Source: a virus
IMG/VR virus record: IMGVR_UViG_3300045988_000721
Location: 1 to 5,726 of that record
DNA: 5,726 nucleotides
Direction: 5' to 3' (one strand)
The first letter of the stretch is position 1. Each line of letters starts with the position of its first letter. A model generated the notes under the pieces. The model was given only the letters and a program-made list of their open reading frames with translations, was not told the DNA's origin and made no database searches. This document shows, piece after piece, positions 1 to 3,303 of this stretch. Position numbers and translations under genes: made by a program.

Positions 1-55
1 AGGTTGATAGTTTTAGTTTTTCGTGCGGTGACATTGAACATGCGTTTATCTTTTC
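1..55. repeat. Terminal redundancy, copy 1 (identical to 5672-5726). This is a circular-assembly overlap, not a biological repeat.
   Basis: I compared 1-55 (aggttgatag...atcttttc) with 5672-5726 base by base and they are identical. An ORF reads continuously through the junction. Confidence 0.9.
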
Positions 56-65
56 GCATATTCAT
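1..65 (-). CDS. 5' portion of a 33-aa highly basic ORF that wraps the circular junction (65->1 then 5671->5635). Candidate small DNA-binding/packaging protein, J / ORF8(VP8)-like.
   Basis: Hand translation gives ATG at 65-63 and MNMRKDKRMFNVTARKTKTINLSQKPMRGGIRL, with TAA at 5637-5635. There are 10 Arg/Lys and 1 Asp in 33 aa. The ATG starts 4 nt after the TAA of the 75-aa ORF, and the stop lies 16 nt before the VP5-like ATG. There is no strong SD, so reinitiation coupling is plausible. Confidence 0.5.
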   Translation of the reverse strand, partial: MNMRKDKRMFNVTARKTKTIN

Positions 66-69
66 TTTC

Positions 70-297
70 TTACGATATGCCATTGTTATACCCTCTTTTG
101 ATAAGTTCAAGTTCGATTTCTTGTGTAAAGCTCTTTAAGTGCCAGATTTCGTCTAGCATCTTCTTTGCGGTTTCTATGTCCGCTATCTTGCGCAAGAGCT
201 TATATTGCGCGTTAATTTCTTTGTATTTTTTTTCGAGAATGTTTCTCAGTTCGTCTTCGGTCTGGTCTCTGACGTTCCAACTTTTGTTTAAGGCCAT
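70..297 (-). CDS. Hypothetical 75-aa protein, hydrophilic and probably all-helical or coiled-coil. No family recognised.
   Basis: ORF on the same strand as all phage genes and tightly packed between neighbours. A weak purine-rich RBS (gagaaagag) lies 8-16 nt upstream of the ATG at 297. There is no TM segment, signal peptide or recognisable motif. Confidence 0.55.
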   Translation of the reverse strand: MALNKSWNVRDQTEDELRNILEKKYKEINAQYKLLRKIADIETAKKMLDEIWHLKSFTQEIELELIKRGYNNGIS

Positions 298-422
298 GTC
301 TATTACTCTTTCTCGTTCGCTGCGTCCTTCAGTGCGTGATAGATCTCATCGAGCTTCTCAAGAATGTTCATCATGAGTTTGATGGCTTCCTTGGCGTCCT
401 TAATGCTGATAAGTGCTATGGT

Positions 423-815
423 TTACACCCCCTTTCTGTATTTTGTGTTGCGGGTATCAAAGTGCACCCACGATTTATAGACGATGATGCCGCAAGAATT
501 CGGTGCCAGCTTGTCAAGCTCTTTTGCTACCTCCTTCGGCGCCATGTCTTTTACGATGATATCAGCCGCCATGCCGCGCATGTGGAAGCTGTATTTTGCT
601 CCGCCTACTTTTTTGTTATGCTCTGGTGTTCTGTAGCCGCTTGTTATAATAACTGGCTTTTTGATTGTTTCGCGTAGGATGTCTAGTAGGATTGCTAGAT
701 ACTCATCTACAAAGACAATTGGTGACCCATCTTTACACGCGAATTCTTTTACTTTGAAGTGTTTTGTGATTTTGATTTCTGCTTGTTCGTCTAATATATA
801 CGCTTTAATTTCCAT
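423..815 (-). CDS. Zinc D-Ala-D-Ala carboxypeptidase-like cell-wall peptidase, Peptidase_M15_3 / M15A family. Candidate endolysin or peptidoglycan-remodelling enzyme.
   Basis: 130 aa. The N-terminal F-x-x-x-EF-x-C motif (HFKVKEFACKDG) is present. SGYRTPEHNKKVGG is followed by SFH-MRGMAA-D, which gives the zinc triad H78-x6-D85 plus H118 in WVHFD, and all three are intact. Strong RBS aagaggt at 823-829, 7 nt before the ATG. A sigma70-type promoter lies immediately upstream. Confidence 0.85.
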   Translation of the reverse strand: MEIKAYILDEQAEIKITKHFKVKEFACKDGSPIVFVDEYLAILLDILRETIKKPVIITSGYRTPEHNKKVGGAKYSFHMRGMAADIIVKDMAPKEVAKELDKLAPNSCGIIVYKSWVHFDTRNTKYRKGV

Positions 816-836
816 GGCTGTTTACCTCTTTTTTGT

Positions 837-865
837 ATTCTATCATATAATCGCCGAATTTTCAA
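837..865 (-). promoter_or_regulatory. Sigma70-type promoter reading into the peptidase gene and plausibly the whole gene ring.
   Basis: On the minus strand: TTGAAA (865-860), a 17-nt spacer, then TG-a-TAGAAT (extended -10 at 845-837). An RBS follows at about 823-829 and the ATG at 815. Confidence 0.6.
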
Positions 866-922
866 GGGTTGCGTTAGCAACTTTTGGAATTTCGGCGGTT
901 TCGCCGTTAGGCGTTTTCAACA

Positions 923-931
923 TTTTCCACA
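923..931 (+). promoter_or_regulatory. DnaA-box-like 9-mer TTTTCCACA, fitting the relaxed consensus TTWTNCACA.
   Basis: Direct read of 923-931. It sits in the first unit of the tandem repeat. Confidence 0.35.
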
Positions 932-942
932 TAGTTTTCAAC

Positions 943-951
943 TTTTCCACA
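943..951 (+). promoter_or_regulatory. Second DnaA-box-like 9-mer TTTTCCACA, same orientation, 20 nt from the first.
   Basis: Direct read of 943-951. It sits in the second unit of the tandem repeat. Confidence 0.35.
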
Positions 952-1019
952 TTGTTAAACTTTAGCACAATAGAGCGTTTCAACAATTCAACAAGTTTTT
1001 AACATTTCTTTTAACAATA

Positions 1020-1038
1020 GTTTCTTTCATAAAGAAAC
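1020..1038. repeat. AT-rich perfect inverted repeat GTTTCTTT-cat-AAAGAAAC (8-bp arms, 3-nt spacer).
   Basis: I paired 1020-1027 with 1031-1038 base by base. Possible operator or protein-binding palindrome. Confidence 0.6.
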
Positions 1039-1114
1039 GTTATTGCGTTATTTTTTAATGGTTTTCAACTTTTTAACTACCTCTACTACTACGGCTACAA
1101 CAAGTTAATAAATA

Positions 1115-1162
1115 TATGCGCGTGCGTGCGTGCGCGTTTACGCGCGCGTATGCGTGCGCATA
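1115..1162. other. Long hairpin with a 22-bp stem and TTTA loop, built from two perfect alternating purine-pyrimidine tracts (1112-1137 and 1140-1163). Z-DNA-prone.
   Basis: Pairing 1115-1136 with 1141-1162 gives 17 Watson-Crick pairs plus 5 G-T pairs on the window plus strand. Those 5 positions become A-C mismatches on the minus strand. Confidence 0.7.
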
Positions 1163-1185
1163 CCTTTGAGCGCTTTAGCGCGAAC

Positions 1186-1240
1186 CGGTGTCCGCGCGAT
1201 TTCAGCGCGGTCAGCGGCTGATCAGTCAGCCGCGACACCG
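1186..1240. other. Compact three-way junction: a closing 7-bp helix enclosing two GC-rich hairpins.
   Basis: P1 is cggtgtc 1186-1192 paired with gacaccg 1234-1240. Hairpin A is cgcgc 1193-1197 / gcgcg 1205-1209 with a 7-nt loop. Hairpin B is gcggctga 1214-1221 / tcagccgc 1226-1233 with a 4-nt loop. All pairs are Watson-Crick. Confidence 0.6.
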
Positions 1241-1253
1241 TGCCAATAGGGGG

Positions 1254-1286
1254 TACGGGGGACGCGAGCGGAACGCGGCCCCCGTA
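1254..1286. other. GC-rich hairpin with 8 + 4 bp separated by one A/G mismatch and a 7-nt loop. On the plus strand it is followed by a T-rich tract, so it is terminator-like in plus orientation only.
   Basis: tacggggg 1254-1261 pairs with cccccgta 1279-1286, and cgcg 1263-1266 with cgcg 1274-1277. Downstream on the plus strand is tttcttgataattttaat. Downstream on the minus strand is ccccctattgg, which has no U-tract. Confidence 0.55.
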
Positions 1287-1341
1287 TTTCTTGATAATTT
1301 TAATCACTGAATAGGCTGATACATGGAGCCTTTAAACGGCT

Positions 1342-1377
1342 CTAGCCCAGTACCTTACTTGATAGGTACTGGGCTAG
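1342..1377. other. Perfect 14-bp hairpin with an 8-nt loop (plus TACTTGAT, minus ATCAAGTA), 15 nt downstream of the VP4 stop. Candidate origin or single-strand initiation structure, or an RNA 3'-end element.
   Basis: ctagcccagtacct 1342-1355 pairs perfectly with aggtactgggctag 1364-1377. There is no U-tract on either side, so it is not a canonical intrinsic terminator. Confidence 0.7.
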
Positions 1378-1391
1378 GTGACACCAAAATC

Positions 1392-2414
1392 TTATAAACC
1401 GCCCTTTTGGAGCTTTACAGACTTTTTGACAACTCTTTCTTTTGTCTTTAAATCCTCTGCGAAATCTGCATTTTTATACTTGAGTCGGTTTTGTTCGATT
1501 ATTGCTTTCTGCCTGTTTCTTTTGATTCTCCATAATCGTTCTGGGTTTTCTGCTTCCATCATTTTTTCATAGTATCGCGGAATTTGTGCTTGTTTCCCGT
1601 TGGTGCACTGAATATATCCTTTTTTCCAGATTTCTTCTTTGTGTTCTTGGTAATAAGTATCGCCAAGTCCTGGCTTTAGGCTCATACATGCAAATGGTTT
1701 TTGCTGGCCTAGCTCGTAGTATTGATTAGCTTTTTTTCCGTCAATTTCGTACATTTTTTTTGTAACATAGCCTGCAACATATCTATAGGTCTGTGGTGTT
1801 GCTTGTGCTATCTGTATTTGACCCATTTTCCATAGATTGCACATCCATTCACTTGTGTAATATCCGTTATGCCTTATTTTATAGATTTGTTTTAGGTCTG
1901 TTGGTTTCCATCCATATAAAATCATATGGTAGTGCGGTCTTGCTGTCTGTTCTCCGTACTCTCCTGCACAGAAATAGCGTAGTTGGCCCTTGTAAGCCTT
2001 CCTGAGACGTTTTAAGAACTTTTGTATATCCGGATATAGCAATGTTTGTACGCTCTCTGGTGCCTTTTCTCCCGGCTTCCAGACGTATTGAACTTTACGC
2101 ATGATTTCTCCTGTTTTAATTATCATTCCCGGTACATGGTCATCATCATAAGTTAGTGTGATAAACCACACTTCTTCTTTCGGCCATGCTCTGGCTTCTA
2201 GCTCTATTCGTGTTGTCCAGTCCTCTCTCTGTCGGATTCTGCATCCAATGCATTTCCCACATGGTATTAACATTACTTTTGGGTTGTACATCAAATCTTC
2301 ATATTTCATCTGTTTCCCGGCTAACTCAGAAAAGCGGGCAAGTGACATCACTCGCCCGCTTATTTCTTTGTTTTCCGGGTTGTACAGTCTTATAAGTGGC
2401 TTGTAACAACTCAT
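1392..2414 (-). CDS. VP4: Replication initiation protein VP4, an HUH rolling-circle endonuclease of the Microviridae gene A/VP4 type.
   Basis: 340 aa. It has the N-terminal CGKCIGCR zinc-finger-like motif, RCR motif 1 FITLTYD, the HUH motif in RPHYHMILYG and the two-tyrosine motif 3 YRYVAGYVTKK. Its ATG overlaps the VP2 TGA as ATGA (2411-2414). Confidence 0.93.
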   Translation of the reverse strand: MSCYKPLIRLYNPENKEISGRVMSLARFSELAGKQMKYEDLMYNPKVMLIPCGKCIGCRIRQREDWTTRIELEARAWPKEEVWFITLTYDDDHVPGMIIKTGEIMRKVQYVWKPGEKAPESVQTLLYPDIQKFLKRLRKAYKGQLRYFCAGEYGEQTARPHYHMILYGWKPTDLKQIYKIRHNGYYTSEWMCNLWKMGQIQIAQATPQTYRYVAGYVTKKMYEIDGKKANQYYELGQQKPFACMSLKPGLGDTYYQEHKEEIWKKGYIQCTNGKQAQIPRYYEKMMEAENPERLWRIKRNRQKAIIEQNRLKYKNADFAEDLKTKERVVKKSVKLQKGGL

Positions 2415-3265
2415 CTTAAATAGTCACCTGGCTTTTTCTTTTCGCCGTAATCTCCCGTTTTGTTTTGCGGTTTTGTAAATTCTTGCTTTCTGCCCTGTTT
2501 TGGCGTTGCTTTTTCGACTGCTTCTTCGGTTGCCTTGTCGGTTTTATCTCCGATTTCTGTTAGCGCTTTTTGCATTCCGTAAGGTGTCAAGTGCGTTTCG
2601 CTTAGCATTTGTTGCCAGCTTTGCGCCGCGTTGTACCAATCTGATGTGCTCCAACTGCTGCTACTGTATGCGTTTGGCACAAATCCTCCACTTCTGCTTA
2701 CCCCTAATGCGCTACTACTTGCAAGCCCTATACTTGCACCGCTAATTGTCCCGGCGCTACCTCCGGGTGTGCTCGCGCCCCCGTTTGCGAATGCTAGTAT
2801 AGGATTGATTCCTGCTTTTTTCATGTCTTCTACGGCTCTTTGATAGGCCGTGCTTGACATTCTTTCTTGCCATTCCCTGTTTTTCATGGCTTCGGTGCTG
2901 TTAAAATTCATTGCTGCCGTGTTTTCGATGTGGTTATAAATGCCTTGTGCAATTGCACTTAAGGTGTTATATCCCATTTGTTTTAACATGGAGCCGCTAT
3001 TGAATTGACTTTGCCTTTCTGCTTCCCCTGCTTGGTATTGATATGCACCTTCCAGCCATTTTTGCACCTGCTCGATGTTCGTTCCTGCTTGGCTTCCGCT
3101 TTGTGAATGTCCTCCGCCTTGGCTTACGCTGCCGCCTTGGCTTTGTGAATTTCCTGTCTGTCCCCATCCGCCGAATGCTCCGCCTATGTTTTTTACTGCT
3201 CCTGCAATGCTTCCTATTGCGTTGGCTCCTGCGCCAACCATTGACATAATGGTTAATGGATCCAT
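2411..3265 (-). CDS. VP2: Minor capsid / DNA pilot protein VP2.
   Basis: 284 aa. The N-terminus is hydrophobic and Gly/Ala-rich (MSMVGAGANAIGSIAGAV), followed by a Gly/Ser/Gln low-complexity tract. The central motif STAYQRAVEDMKKAGINPILA is characteristic of gokushovirus VP2. The gene sits directly after VP1. Confidence 0.85.
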   Translation of the reverse strand: MDPLTIMSMVGAGANAIGSIAGAVKNIGGAFGGWGQTGNSQSQGGSVSQGGGHSQSGSQAGTNIEQVQKWLEGAYQYQAGEAERQSQFNSGSMLKQMGYNTLSAIAQGIYNHIENTAAMNFNSTEAMKNREWQERMSSTAYQRAVEDMKKAGINPILAFANGGASTPGGSAGTISGASIGLASSSALGVSRSGGFVPNAYSSSSWSTSDWYNAAQSWQQMLSETHLTPYGMQKALTEIGDKTDKATEEAVEKATPKQGRKQEFTKPQNKTGDYGEKKKPGDYLR

Positions 3266-3293
3266 TTTAAAATAGCCCGGATTTCTCCGGGCT
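3266..3293 (-). terminator. Intrinsic-terminator-like hairpin between VP1 and VP2: 8-bp GC stem and GAAA tetraloop in mRNA sense, followed by a U-rich tail.
   Basis: In minus sense: A-GCCCGGA-GAAA-TCCGGGC-T then ATTTTAAA then ATG(VP2). The stem pairs 3274-3281 with 3286-3293. It begins 10 nt after the VP1 TAA. Confidence 0.5.
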
Positions 3294-3303
3294 TCCTCCT
3301 TTC

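Larger units (their letters stand above)
913..952. repeat. Imperfect tandem direct repeat, 20 nt + 1 nt + 19 nt: GTTTTCAAC(A)TTTTCCACAT x2.
   Basis: 913-932 gttttcaacattttccacat and 934-952 gttttcaacttttccacat. The GTTTTCAAC 9-mer recurs at 1061-1069, with a near copy GTTTCAAC at 977-984. Confidence 0.85.

Noticed and set aside
1-55. The terminal direct repeat, considered as a biological LTR, ITR or att duplication.
   Set aside because: It is an exact direct copy at the two extreme ends of the window, an ORF reads seamlessly across the join, and the gene content is a complete microvirus. This is the standard signature of a circular contig assembled with overlap.
1-69. A promoter-like TTCAAT-17-TAAAAC on the minus strand in the apparent intergenic region at the junction, upstream of the VP5-like gene.
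   Set aside because: The -10 is poor, with no terminal T, and the region turns out to be occupied by the 33-aa basic ORF. There is no independent support.
423-425. Stop-codon reassignment, considered because the frame stays open for 39 codons after the peptidase TAA.
   Set aside because: TAA also terminates VP1, VP3, VP4, the VP5-like gene and the 75-aa ORF at positions consistent with family-typical protein lengths, so genome-wide TAA recoding is not supported. Only local low-level readthrough remains conceivable.
905-1080. A CRISPR-like array or mini-array from the recurring GTTTTCAAC-containing repeats.
   Set aside because: The repeats are only 9-20 nt long, are directly abutting or irregularly spaced, and have no spacer-repeat periodicity. 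They are better explained as binding-site iterons or a tandem duplication.
1153-1180. A dif/XerCD-like recombination site, which is relevant because some gokushoviruses integrate via host XerCD. CGTGCGCATAC at 1153-1163 matches 9 of 11 positions of the E. coli XerC arm GGTGCGCATAA as I recall it.
   Set aside because: The sequence 6 nt downstream (GCGCTTTAGCG) has no resemblance to the XerD arm TTATGTTAAAT. The GCGCATA core simply reflects the alternating GC repeat. The only TTATGT-type match (about 3245, minus strand) lies inside the VP2 coding sequence.
1186-1240. tRNA or tRNA-like gene in the cloverleaf-looking GC structure.
   Set aside because: It has only three helices in 55 nt, with no acceptor/CCA context, no T-loop (GTTCRA) or D-loop signatures and no anticodon-arm geometry.
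1095-1307. A 70-aa minus-strand ORF covering the GC island, with a very Arg-rich C-terminus (ARIRARKRARTHAH) that could be mistaken for a J-like basic protein.
   Set aside because: It starts at GTG with no Shine-Dalgarno. It lies entirely within the 67.5%-GC palindromic region, whose alternating CG/TG repeats automatically encode Arg/Ala/His. Its codon composition is unlike all other genes. The 33-aa junction ORF is a better candidate for the basic packaging protein. It remains worth a quick conservation check.
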